32,000 bases of DNA, taken from NCBI GenBank assembly GCA_030614005.1, contig JAUWKS010000014.1, positions 30,673-62,672 of the forward strand. The letters are read 5' to 3'. Positions 7,877 to 16,472 of the stretch are shown here, one piece after another (within the stretch, counting starts at the first letter, position 1; each line of letters begins with the position of its first letter). The stretch is from Candidatus Heimdallarchaeota archaeon (GTDB lineage Archaea > Asgardarchaeota > Heimdallarchaeia > JABLTI01). A program made the position numbers and the translations under genes. The notes below the pieces were generated by a model. It saw only the letters and a program-made list of their open reading frames with translations, was not told the DNA's origin and searched no databases.

Positions 7877-10156
7877 TTAGAATGAGAGTTTGAATACTTC
7901 TGTTAGAATTTTATCAAGCTCTAATAAACTATTAGCTATTCTCTTTAATCCGAGGTATTCTGCTAAAGGCGTTAAACCTGCAATAAGTGATTTTACATTG
8001 GCTTCGACCCTCAGTAAGTCACCTTCGTATAATTGATGCTTCTTCACCACATCGATAATTTCTTTACCTAATATCACATGCTCATAAATTGGTCGTTTGA
8101 AATTATCATTTGGAATATAGAAATTCCCTTCATTGGTTTGTTGGGTGAGTTTAAGAATTTCATACAACATTTCTGTTAAATTGGCATTCTTTTGGGTGAG
8201 ATCGTACATTAACCAATCTTTTAGACGTTCAAATCTCTTTACAGATATTCCCATCTCAGAGCAAATACTGCCTTTTGTTGTAGTTTGAAATTTCCCATTA
8301 TATGACTCTTTAATATAGCCTCGATATTTTAGAGAATGCAAGATAGAGAAATCTCTATTCAAAATCTCTTTGATTGTAGCTAACGGTTGTTCTTTTAATA
8401 CGGTCATTCGATGCTTGCAGAATATTTTCTTTGAATCACAAGAACATGATAATTTTCCATTCATGAATGAAACAGTAAAATTATTTTTTCCATTTTCTAT
8501 CTTAAAAGATTGTATGTTTTGATTAGATAATTCACTCACAATAATCAGATTTTCAGTTGGATAAATTTTCTCTAAATCGGACAAAATTTCATTTGTAATT
8601 TTAATATTTTGTTTTAAAAGTAATTTATAATATACCTCAGAAACATTTTCCGTATTCAATGATGTGTTAGATTCATTCTTCATTGCTAACACTTGATTCT
8701 TTGAATAATCGAAGAAACTCTCTTGTATTAGTTTTACTAATTCTGTAAAATCTGGCTTACGACTATAAATTAAGGAAAGAACCATTCTTTCAAATTCTTC
8801 TTTACTATTGATCCTACTTTTAATATGATCAAATTGTGGTTTTTTTTTATTTAAATCACCAATGTAGTGGCTTTCCAATTGCCAGTATCTCTCTCGTATA
8901 GTTCTTTCTTCCCTTCTATCTAGAGCTAATATTGTACTCTTCCCGTGTAGATCATAATTAGGTCTACCAGCTCTACCAGCTATTTGATGGAAAACATTTC
9001 TAGAAAGCCATTCATTGTTCCATCTTTTAGTATCAAGAATGACGACTTCACGTGCAGGGAGATTTACACCTGCACCAAGCGTTTCTGTGCAAAATAAGAC
9101 TCGAATAAATCCCAAACGAAATAATTCTTCAACTGCTTTTTGTGCAATACGACTTAGTCCTGCATGATGAAAGGCAGTTCCCTTTTCCACTAAATCATAA
9201 ATTAATGCATTCCCTAAGGAATCGCGGGATAAAGGAATACTGTCTAAAAAACTAAGCACCCTTCCTACATTGAAATTGCCACTTCCATTAAGGCATTTCT
9301 CTATGTAATTTGAATATTCAGAAGCTAATTCCTCAGATTTAGATCTTGTTCCACAGAAAATCAATATTTGAGCATCAAGAGGAATATTATCTCGAATTAT
9401 TTTTTTCACACTGACTTCAGGTCGAAATGTAGGTATTATTTCAAAATCAAGAGGTATTAACCGTTTAGAGCTGCTTATTAATACAGCATCCAACCAAGTA
9501 GCAATATCACTTGGATTTGCTGCTGTTGCTGAGAGTAAGATTAACCTTACTTTTCCCTTCAATGCAATTAGTATTGTTTCTAGAGTTGCTCCACGTTGAG
9601 AATCACCAATTAAATGAAACTCATCTACGATAACATTTTTTATTTTACCAAGTAAACTTGGCAAGCGACCAATAATAGTTCTAAATCGTTCATAAGTAGA
9701 AATTAAGATATGGCATTTTCTAATTTCTTCTTCATTAAAATCCACTTCTGACATAGACATATGAATTTTGACACCGAATTTTTTATACATTTTAGCTAAA
9801 TGATTTGCTTTTTCTTCTGCTAATGCACGCAAAGGAACTAGAAAAATCGTTTTTGTATCGAAAGTCATTTCTTCTCTAAGTTTTCTTTTTTCAAGTTTTG
9901 TGAGGCTCTCTTCTTGTAAGGAGTCAAACTCATTGTCCAAATCATTTTCCCTATCAAGTAATTCCACAATAGTAATTAATTCCGCAATCAATGTTTTCCC
10001 TGAACCACTAGGAGAAACGATAACTAGATTTTCTTCTCCAAAAATGTACGGATAAGCCTTTCTTTGTATGTCTGTGAATTTTTTTATTCCGCCTTGTAAG
10101 AGGACTTTTTGTAATTCATCGGGAAGTTGTTTGATGTAATTATTTGTAACAACCAT
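7877..10156 (-). CDS. Ski2/Hel308-like SF2 DExH helicase with inserted SWIM zinc finger
   Basis: SPSGSGKT, VPLRALA, DEFH, LSAT, FHHAGL, TETLGAGVNLPA and QIAGRAGRP; CSC-x6-CKH at 8411-8446. Confidence 0.92.
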   Translation of the reverse strand: MVVTNNYIKQLPDELQKVLLQGGIKKFTDIQRKAYPYIFGEENLVIVSPSGSGKTLIAELITIVELLDRENDLDNEFDSLQEESLTKLEKRKLREEMTFDTKTIFLVPLRALAEEKANHLAKMYKKFGVKIHMSMSEVDFNEEEIRKCHILISTYERFRTIIGRLPSLLGKIKNVIVDEFHLIGDSQRGATLETILIALKGKVRLILLSATAANPSDIATWLDAVLISSSKRLIPLDFEIIPTFRPEVSVKKIIRDNIPLDAQILIFCGTRSKSEELASEYSNYIEKCLNGSGNFNVGRVLSFLDSIPLSRDSLGNALIYDLVEKGTAFHHAGLSRIAQKAVEELFRLGFIRVLFCTETLGAGVNLPAREVVILDTKRWNNEWLSRNVFHQIAGRAGRPNYDLHGKSTILALDRREERTIRERYWQLESHYIGDLNKKKPQFDHIKSRINSKEEFERMVLSLIYSRKPDFTELVKLIQESFFDYSKNQVLAMKNESNTSLNTENVSEVYYKLLLKQNIKITNEILSDLEKIYPTENLIIVSELSNQNIQSFKIENGKNNFTVSFMNGKLSCSCDSKKIFCKHRMTVLKEQPLATIKEILNRDFSILHSLKYRGYIKESYNGKFQTTTKGSICSEMGISVKRFERLKDWLMYDLTQKNANLTEMLYEILKLTQQTNEGNFYIPNDNFKRPIYEHVILGKEIIDVVKKHQLYEGDLLRVEANVKSLIAGLTPLAEYLGLKRIANSLLELDKILTEVFKLSF

Positions 10157-10222
10157 TTTCTTTTCTCCGCTACTGGTTCTTGCGAGATCAATTACTATTG
10201 TTTTAATAAGTTAGAATCGATT

Positions 10223-10531
10223 TCATGTTTTATTTTCAAGCAGCTTGTAGCAAGCATTAACTGCAAATTCGAAGATACCTCTTTCTACTAGCTCGTCAGT
10301 AATGATTTCTTCTAAAGTGAGTGAGTTATAACATTGTTCTCTAGTAATACAAGATGTACATTTAGCATGATCAAAGTAAGGACAGATATCATTATGATAT
10401 CGGATGTTTTTCCACTCAAGCATTAGCATTAAATTAGGTAGATTGTGAATTCTATGTCTCAGTTTATTGGTTCCCCAGTAATTTATTTCATCAGCTTTCA
10501 TAAGGCGCGTTCCCTGTTCAAGTAGATACAA
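10223..10531 (-). CDS. Small cysteine-motif protein (possible Fe-S/Zn binding)
   Basis: CPYFDHAKCTSCITREQC. Likely start is ATG 10501; lies 66 nt upstream of and co-oriented with the helicase. Confidence 0.6.
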   Translation of the reverse strand: MYLLEQGTRLMKADEINYWGTNKLRHRIHNLPNLMLMLEWKNIRYHNDICPYFDHAKCTSCITREQCYNSLTLEEIITDELVERGIFEFAVNACYKLLENKT

Positions 10532-10768
10532 GCTATCATCATTGTTTCATTGTGTTACTTCTTCAAAGAATCACCAGTCAATTTCATTTAAAAAGAACCC
10601 AATAGTAGATTTGTAAGATAAAAACAGTATATTTATGGTTACAGCTTAATATTCTAATTTTACTAGATAGTAAAATTTTAGATTTAAATTGAAACTTTTT
10701 ATATTAATGCTTACCATTAAGAATATTAAGTTGAAATTACAAATCAATATTGTGTGACGTGAATACTT

Positions 10769-11212
10769 ATGTCTCTTACAACAAAATCTCAAATTGATAC
10801 AATAATGATCAAACCAGCAATGGTTGACGAGAATGACTCCATGAGTGTAATTGCTAAAGTTTTATTACAAACGAATAAAGGTTGTGTCTTTGTAACAAGT
10901 ATTGGTGAAGTAGTCGGAATCATCACTGAAAGAGATATTCTAAGGTTATTATTAAAAGAAGGATGTATGCTCTCGGAAGAAATTGAAGCTCAGGATTTTA
11001 TGGTCAAACCTGTAATTTCAATTCCAAAAACTGCTACTTTAGCAGCAGCAGATGATTTAATGGCACAAACTGGTGTAAATAGATTAGCAGTTGTAGAAAA
11101 GGAAGGATCATTAATTGTCGTTGGTATCCTTGATTCTGAAATGCTTAATGTTAACCTAAAAACTGAAGTATTAAAAACTTACAAGAAAAGACAAAAATAT
11201 GTCCAAAAATAG
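10769..11212 (+). CDS. CBS-domain pair protein
   Basis: VVGIITERDIL, FMVKPVISIP and VNRLAVVE...IVVGIL are CBS signatures. Confidence 0.9.
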   Translation: MSLTTKSQIDTIMIKPAMVDENDSMSVIAKVLLQTNKGCVFVTSIGEVVGIITERDILRLLLKEGCMLSEEIEAQDFMVKPVISIPKTATLAAADDLMAQTGVNRLAVVEKEGSLIVVGILDSEMLNVNLKTEVLKTYKKRQKYVQK

Positions 11213-11231
11213 TGATTAGACGATCTTTTCA

Positions 11232-12167
11232 TTATTTTTTCTCTTTTTTCTTCTTATCTTTAAGATATTCTCTCAAAAAATAAGAGCAATTATCCGTAAA
11301 CTGACAGAATTTACACATCCAATTCTGTGGACAATCTGCAGGTTTTCTTTCTCTTTTCCAATAACCAAGAGCCCATTCCATATCAACTTCAAAACTTTCT
11401 TGATGATACAAACTTCGATCATTACAAACTTCCGACCGATCTTCTTGATGAAGATAAATGGCGTGTAGCTCAAGTGATTGTTCTGGAAGATTTCTTAATA
11501 TTTCAAATACTTTTATTAAAAGTTCATGTGGAGGTGTGGTCTCTAATAGCTTGATTTGTTCTTCTGGAAGTTGTTTAAGTAATTCTTCCGATGGAACTAA
11601 CTCATTAGGCATATCAAAATAATCCTTGAACATCTCTTCATTAAAATCACCTGATTTCAGATCACTCAGCAAATGCCAATATACTTGCATTTGAATTCTA
11701 TTTCTTCTTTTTTGTTCATAGGTGGGCGCTCTTCGTGATTTTCTCGTTTTATAATCTGTAATAACGAGAAGTTTGTTTCCCTCACTATCCTCCTCAATTT
11801 TTATTTGGTCAATTACCCCAAGACATGGTATGCCATTTATTTTACCAACAACAGGTAGCTCTCGAGTCACTTTTAATTCATTAAACATTACTAATTTGGA
11901 ATACATTTGCAGAATATAAGCGATTATACTATCTTCATTTGTTGTTACTTCAACTTCTATAATTGGACCAAGCTCTTCTTCAAGACTTCGATGGATTTCT
12001 GAACCTTTAATCATTTCAGGTGTTGGTTCCATTCCTAACTGTAATTTCAAATGTAGCTGCATCTCACACCAAAATTGATCAGCTATTTTACTTGCTGATA
12101 TATGGTGAACTTCGTCTTGGAAAAGTTCCTTCTCATTTTCATCTAAACTATTGCCTCGTTCACTCAT
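11232..12167 (-). CDS. Exonuclease V (EXO5)-like PD-(D/E)XK nuclease with 4Fe-4S iron-staple cysteines
   Basis: N-terminal Cys in QFWCE, GSEIH, RELPV, GVID, DYKTR and Q-x3-Y; C-terminal CKFCQFTDNC. Confidence 0.85.
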   Translation of the reverse strand: MSERGNSLDENEKELFQDEVHHISASKIADQFWCEMQLHLKLQLGMEPTPEMIKGSEIHRSLEEELGPIIEVEVTTNEDSIIAYILQMYSKLVMFNELKVTRELPVVGKINGIPCLGVIDQIKIEEDSEGNKLLVITDYKTRKSRRAPTYEQKRRNRIQMQVYWHLLSDLKSGDFNEEMFKDYFDMPNELVPSEELLKQLPEEQIKLLETTPPHELLIKVFEILRNLPEQSLELHAIYLHQEDRSEVCNDRSLYHQESFEVDMEWALGYWKRERKPADCPQNWMCKFCQFTDNCSYFLREYLKDKKKKEKK

Positions 12168-12266
12168 ATTTTAAAATAGAAACAGAAGTTGAATTTAATT
12201 TTACTGTTAATGAAAAGAAATGGTTTGGGGGGTTTTTATTTCTCGTTTTGAATGATTCTATAGGCG

Positions 12267-12560
12267 ATGTTTGTGATTTTTGTAAAAAATAGGTTGGAAA
12301 TACTAGACTCAAGCAGTTTCTTAGATAGCCTAAAAGACATTCCAAATAATTTTGCAACAATTTTCAGTAATGCCGTTGCCTTTCTAATTACAATTTGTTT
12401 TGCACTTGGAGTTATTCTAGCCATTATTGGTGCAATAAAATGGGCAACTGGTTGGGATGAACGTAGTGGTAAGAAAACAATTGTAAAAGGAATTGTACTT
12501 ATTGCTCTTTCATTAATCGCTGGAAGCTTGGGCATTGGAATAGCTACACTTACAACATAA
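12267..12560 (+). CDS. Small two-TM protein, TrbC/VirB2-pilin-like
   Basis: 97 aa; two hydrophobic helices joined by the short basic loop KWATGWDERSGKKTIVKG. Confidence 0.6.
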   Translation: MFVIFVKNRLEILDSSSFLDSLKDIPNNFATIFSNAVAFLITICFALGVILAIIGAIKWATGWDERSGKKTIVKGIVLIALSLIAGSLGIGIATLTT

Positions 12561-12667
12561 TAAATAGGTAATAAAATTACAATATCATTCCTTTTGTAAT
12601 AACTTTAAAAATAGCTAATCCATTTGTTATGTGTGAGCTATGAAAATTATTTCTAGGAGATAAAAAA

Positions 12668-13972
12668 ATGCAAATTGAAATATCAAGAAAATGGTTTTTA
12701 GTTGTTGTGGGATTAGCAGATTGGCGAGCAAAAGCACAAGAATTACCTCATCAAGAATATAAGGAATTACAAAAAGTAATTGATAACTATATTTCTCGAA
12801 TAAATAGAGATTTTAGAAAAAGAGGTGGTATAGTTACTAGTCTCTTTTGGTCCCAAGAAAACCTCTCTCCAACATTTTTATTGGAAGAATCTCGAACAAA
12901 TGAGAACTTTTTGAAGGAAATGAGGGTTAAGTTAGGTGATGTTACAGAAAAAATTTATGCTGGTCTATCAATTGATGAGAGAAATTCAACATTAGGGAAA
13001 AATCTACAGGCAGTTTCCCCACAAGGGCGTATTCTTATCCTTGAATGCACTATACCTCAAAGTAGTGAATTTATACCTGATGACGACCATGTATTATCGG
13101 CATTTACTGATGCTTTTAACTCCGAATTTCTTACTATAAAGAGAGCAGAGCATGACTTTCAAGGTAGGAAAGAATGGTTAGCTGCAATGGATGCTCTCTT
13201 AACTCGAGAGTCGATAAGAGAAGTTGGTCCGGTTAAGAAAATAAAAGAAGCAAAAGTTGTTGAAGGAAAGCGATTATATGATCGGAAAACACCTGGTGAT
13301 TTTGAAAAAATAACTCGCATTTTACATGGAGCAGTTCCTTTCAGGCCTAGTCTTTTTGATCTCAAACCGCTTCCTCAATCTTCTTTTGATACTAGAGGAA
13401 CACTTGGGCATATAGTAATTCAGTATCTGGCTACAGGTGGAGATTTCCCCATAAAACTCAATTGGCGCTCAAATACTCATGAACGAATGGGGCGAAGAAC
13501 TGAAGAATTGCAGCTGGTTGAATTCGAAGGAGTCGAATGGAAAGATTTGGATAAATTACTCTCAATTTCAAGAGAAATTGCTTATGAACATATAGAGAAA
13601 ACAATCTCCGATGTTGGTGGGATAAAATTCGATTCTCTATGGACAGAGAGAGATTCATCATCAAATATCTTTTTCCTATCAAAATTCTCATTCACAGAAG
13701 ATATTCTGAAAAGCATCAAAGAATTTCTTATCTTGGATTCTCGAAAGCAATTAGAAGGACATATTGGCCCAAGTACCACTGCATTATTTGATGTTTGGCG
13801 TAGAGCAGGATTACATTTCAATATGCTTGTTTTTGAAGTACGAGGTTTTGATGTTGAAGAAGATAAAAAACTGACAACTTGGGTTCAGCAACTTAAAGGG
13901 AAAGCTCCTCCAGGTCCAACTTATAATGCAGAAAAAGAAGTTTTAGAAGCACGGCACTATCGCCCATATTAG
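12668..13972 (+). CDS. Hypothetical soluble protein with apparent internal duplication
   Basis: 434-aa ORF with GGAGA RBS-like site upstream; two similar ~75-aa segments (see findings). Confidence 0.75.
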   Translation: MQIEISRKWFLVVVGLADWRAKAQELPHQEYKELQKVIDNYISRINRDFRKRGGIVTSLFWSQENLSPTFLLEESRTNENFLKEMRVKLGDVTEKIYAGLSIDERNSTLGKNLQAVSPQGRILILECTIPQSSEFIPDDDHVLSAFTDAFNSEFLTIKRAEHDFQGRKEWLAAMDALLTRESIREVGPVKKIKEAKVVEGKRLYDRKTPGDFEKITRILHGAVPFRPSLFDLKPLPQSSFDTRGTLGHIVIQYLATGGDFPIKLNWRSNTHERMGRRTEELQLVEFEGVEWKDLDKLLSISREIAYEHIEKTISDVGGIKFDSLWTERDSSSNIFFLSKFSFTEDILKSIKEFLILDSRKQLEGHIGPSTTALFDVWRRAGLHFNMLVFEVRGFDVEEDKKLTTWVQQLKGKAPPGPTYNAEKEVLEARHYRPY

Positions 13973-14069
13973 ATGATGTGGATTTTTTTTCCACAGAACT
14001 TTCTTTTTTTGTGCTTACTTTTCGTATTTTCGTCGATTTAAAAGGTATTTTTCATCATAGAGTATTGAA

Positions 14070-14336
14070 GTGATTAAAATGATGAATCCAACCCAATTTC
14101 AAAAAGGAAAACTTATCCAGGAAGTTTGGGGAGAAAGTTGTTTAGAGTGTGATTGTACTGAGATGCCCAATGTTCATCTATACAGTCTGAAAAAAGAAGA
14201 TGTTGCAGTTTTAACTTGTCCTACTTGTGATTTCACTATTGTTGTAGTAGAAATTGAAACATTATACCGATCCGATCTTAAAGACCAACTAAACGAAGAT
14301 AAAAATAAAATTATCGCAACTAATAGTGCTGTATAG
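14070..14336 (+). CDS. Small zinc-ribbon protein
   Basis: CLEC...CPTC pair; start may be ATG 14079 or 14082. Confidence 0.65.
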   Translation: MIKMMNPTQFQKGKLIQEVWGESCLECDCTEMPNVHLYSLKKEDVAVLTCPTCDFTIVVVEIETLYRSDLKDQLNEDKNKIIATNSAV

Positions 14337-14554
14337 TACTTCAATTACGCTCATGGAGACACCTATAAATCCCTGATACACCTACATACTTCGATCTAAA
14401 CTAAGAACTAATCTATAATCTAGATTGTTCAAGCGAGGCCTCGCAGAAGTCGAAGTAGCTATAAAATTGATACAAAATTGTTCATAAACAAAGTATTTAA
14501 TATACGAACATCCTCATAAATCATAGATTAAATATTAAATTGTGGTGATTTAAT

Positions 14555-15127
14555 TTGGGTAAAGCTATAGTAATAATTTTTGCAGCTGTTTCATTGGTTC
14601 TTCTACCAATGTCATTCTACTATATAGGTGATACATCCATTGATCCACCAGATTATACCATCGAAATTCAAGGCAACTTATATGATGTAAACATTGGAGA
14701 TTTCTTTGGAGATGCAGGATTTTCCTTCTTCAAATTTTCATCCTCCGGAAGTGTTATTTTTACGCCTGCTGCTTGGAATGCTGCATTTACAGGCGAAGCA
14801 GTTTTTGGCATGCCTGCTGGGACATTTATGATGATTCTCTGGTACGTTGGCATAGGTATGGCATCAATAGGAATCGTTGTAGCATTCTTTAAACCTAAAA
14901 TATCTGGTATATTCTTTTCACTTGCAGCACTTGCATACTTATTTCAAGGAATTGTTTGGTACCTAGGAATGACAGCTGAGTTTTCGAGTAGTCCTGAAGT
15001 GACAGTATTCCCAATCCCCTTGGGAGCATTATTCTTCTTGGTAACTGCTATCGTTGCATTTACAACGAAAAAGAAAGAAGCTTATTACTATTCACCTGGC
15101 TATTCATATGGCTATGGTAGACGGTAA
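14555..15127 (+). CDS. Four-TM membrane protein with Tyr/Gly-rich cytoplasmic tail
   Basis: TM1, ~70-aa loop, then TM2-TM4, ending KKKEAYYYSPGYSYGYGRR; TTG start. Confidence 0.75.
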   Translation: MGKAIVIIFAAVSLVLLPMSFYYIGDTSIDPPDYTIEIQGNLYDVNIGDFFGDAGFSFFKFSSSGSVIFTPAAWNAAFTGEAVFGMPAGTFMMILWYVGIGMASIGIVVAFFKPKISGIFFSLAALAYLFQGIVWYLGMTAEFSSSPEVTVFPIPLGALFFLVTAIVAFTTKKKEAYYYSPGYSYGYGRR

Positions 15128-15141
15128 GAAAAAGCTTTGAT

Positions 15142-15175
15142 AAAATGGGATTCCCCCATTTTCTTATATTTCTTC
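15142..15175 (+). terminator. Hairpin plus U-rich tract after the 14555 gene
   Basis: AAAATGGG-attcc-CCCATTTT inverted repeat 15 nt after the stop codon, followed by CTTATATTTCTTC. Confidence 0.45.
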
Positions 15176-15289
15176 TACGATTTTATATCAATTTCATTTC
15201 TGAACTTCTTACCTCAAGGGAACATTTTTATTAAATTATGTCTGATGAATTAGAATCTTCTAAATCACATGTAAGAGGGTGACTACAAT

Positions 15290-15925
15290 TTGACAGATCT
15301 AAATGATGGGTCTATTGTTTACTGGCAAAAAGCAAGTTTCTACCTAAATATTACGAATCGGTGCACGAATGATTGTATTTTTTGCGTTAGAAATTATAAA
15401 ACTGGTGTATTTGGATTTAAATTGAAATTAGCGAGAGATCCCACGGAACAAGAAATTATTAATGCTCTAAGAAAATATTTGACACAAGCATTCAACGAAG
15501 TAGTTTTTACGGGTTATGGGGAACCTCTTGAACGTTTGGAAGTTGTTTGCAATGTTTCAAGAGAAGTAAATAAACTATTTCCTGAAATAACCATAAGACT
15601 AGATACTAATGGATTGGGCGAGCTCATTAATCCCGATGTTGATGTTATTATGGAATTAAAACAAGCAGGAATAAACCAAGTTTCAATCAGTTTAAACGCA
15701 AGTAATGCAGAGCAATATTATAAGATATGTCAACCAAAATTTGGTATACAATCCTTTGAAGCATTACTGCGCTTTGCTAAAAGCGCTAATCAATTTTTCA
15801 AAATTAATTATACCATCGTAGCCATACCTCAAATTGACATTCAAGCTTGCCAGAAACTAGCTGACGAGCAGAAAATTTCTCTGAAAATTCGGCACTATTC
15901 TGGTCCTGAATTAGTTATTGAATGA
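15290..15925 (+). CDS. TatD-associated radical SAM protein
   Basis: YLNITNRCTNDCIFCVRN (CxxxCxxC), EVVFTGYGEPL, IRLDTNG and SISLNA. Confidence 0.88.
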   Translation: MTDLNDGSIVYWQKASFYLNITNRCTNDCIFCVRNYKTGVFGFKLKLARDPTEQEIINALRKYLTQAFNEVVFTGYGEPLERLEVVCNVSREVNKLFPEITIRLDTNGLGELINPDVDVIMELKQAGINQVSISLNASNAEQYYKICQPKFGIQSFEALLRFAKSANQFFKINYTIVAIPQIDIQACQKLADEQKISLKIRHYSGPELVIE

Positions 15926-16041
15926 AAAGATACGAATACTTTCGGTGAACTCCTTCTCTACTTTGTGCTTTTTAAGTAAAATCCACATATTATAGTAATG
16001 AGAGTAGTTAGTTCTCTAGGAAGAAAGGAAAGGTAAAGGTA

Positions 16042-16368
16042 ATGGCTTGTGCAATAACAGAAAATTACATCCAAAATGGTATACTCGCCTTAGAACAGAG
16101 GGATTTGGCGACTGCAACAGAAAATTTCTCTAAAGCGCTTATAGAAGAAAATAGCAATGAACCTGAATATTGGTGTTTATTAGCTGAATCTTTATTTTAT
16201 CAGGCTCAATTCGAGAGTTCATTAGTATGTTGGAAAGAAGCAGCAACTTTAACCCCATTAAGTAAAAAAATCTGGGTTAGAATTAGTGCTTTGTATGCAT
16301 TAATGGATCAAGATGATTTAGCAATACACTACTATGAATTATCTGAAGGATTACCCATAGAAGGATAA
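16042..16368 (+). CDS. Tetratricopeptide-repeat protein
   Basis: G...A...FSKA; PEYWCLLAESLF...A.....A; IWVRISALY...A...Y; GGTAAAGG RBS-like site upstream. Confidence 0.8.
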   Translation: MACAITENYIQNGILALEQRDLATATENFSKALIEENSNEPEYWCLLAESLFYQAQFESSLVCWKEAATLTPLSKKIWVRISALYALMDQDDLAIHYYELSEGLPIEG

Positions 16369-16472
16369 CTTCTAAATCGGTTCTTCAAACAAACAATTCA
16401 AGGGAATTTATTTATTATAGTGAGAATATTATCTAATTTGTTCTTAATATTGAATAGAAGGGTAAGAAAAAA

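Noticed and set aside
11232-12167. Cas4 / CRISPR adaptation locus
   Set aside because: No repeat-spacer array, cas1 or cas2 in the window; the sequence features fit EXO5 better.
15242-15270. CTGATGA followed by a small hairpin, resembling a hammerhead ribozyme core or box C
   Set aside because: No GAAA after the putative stem II, no stems I/III, and no convincing box D pairing.
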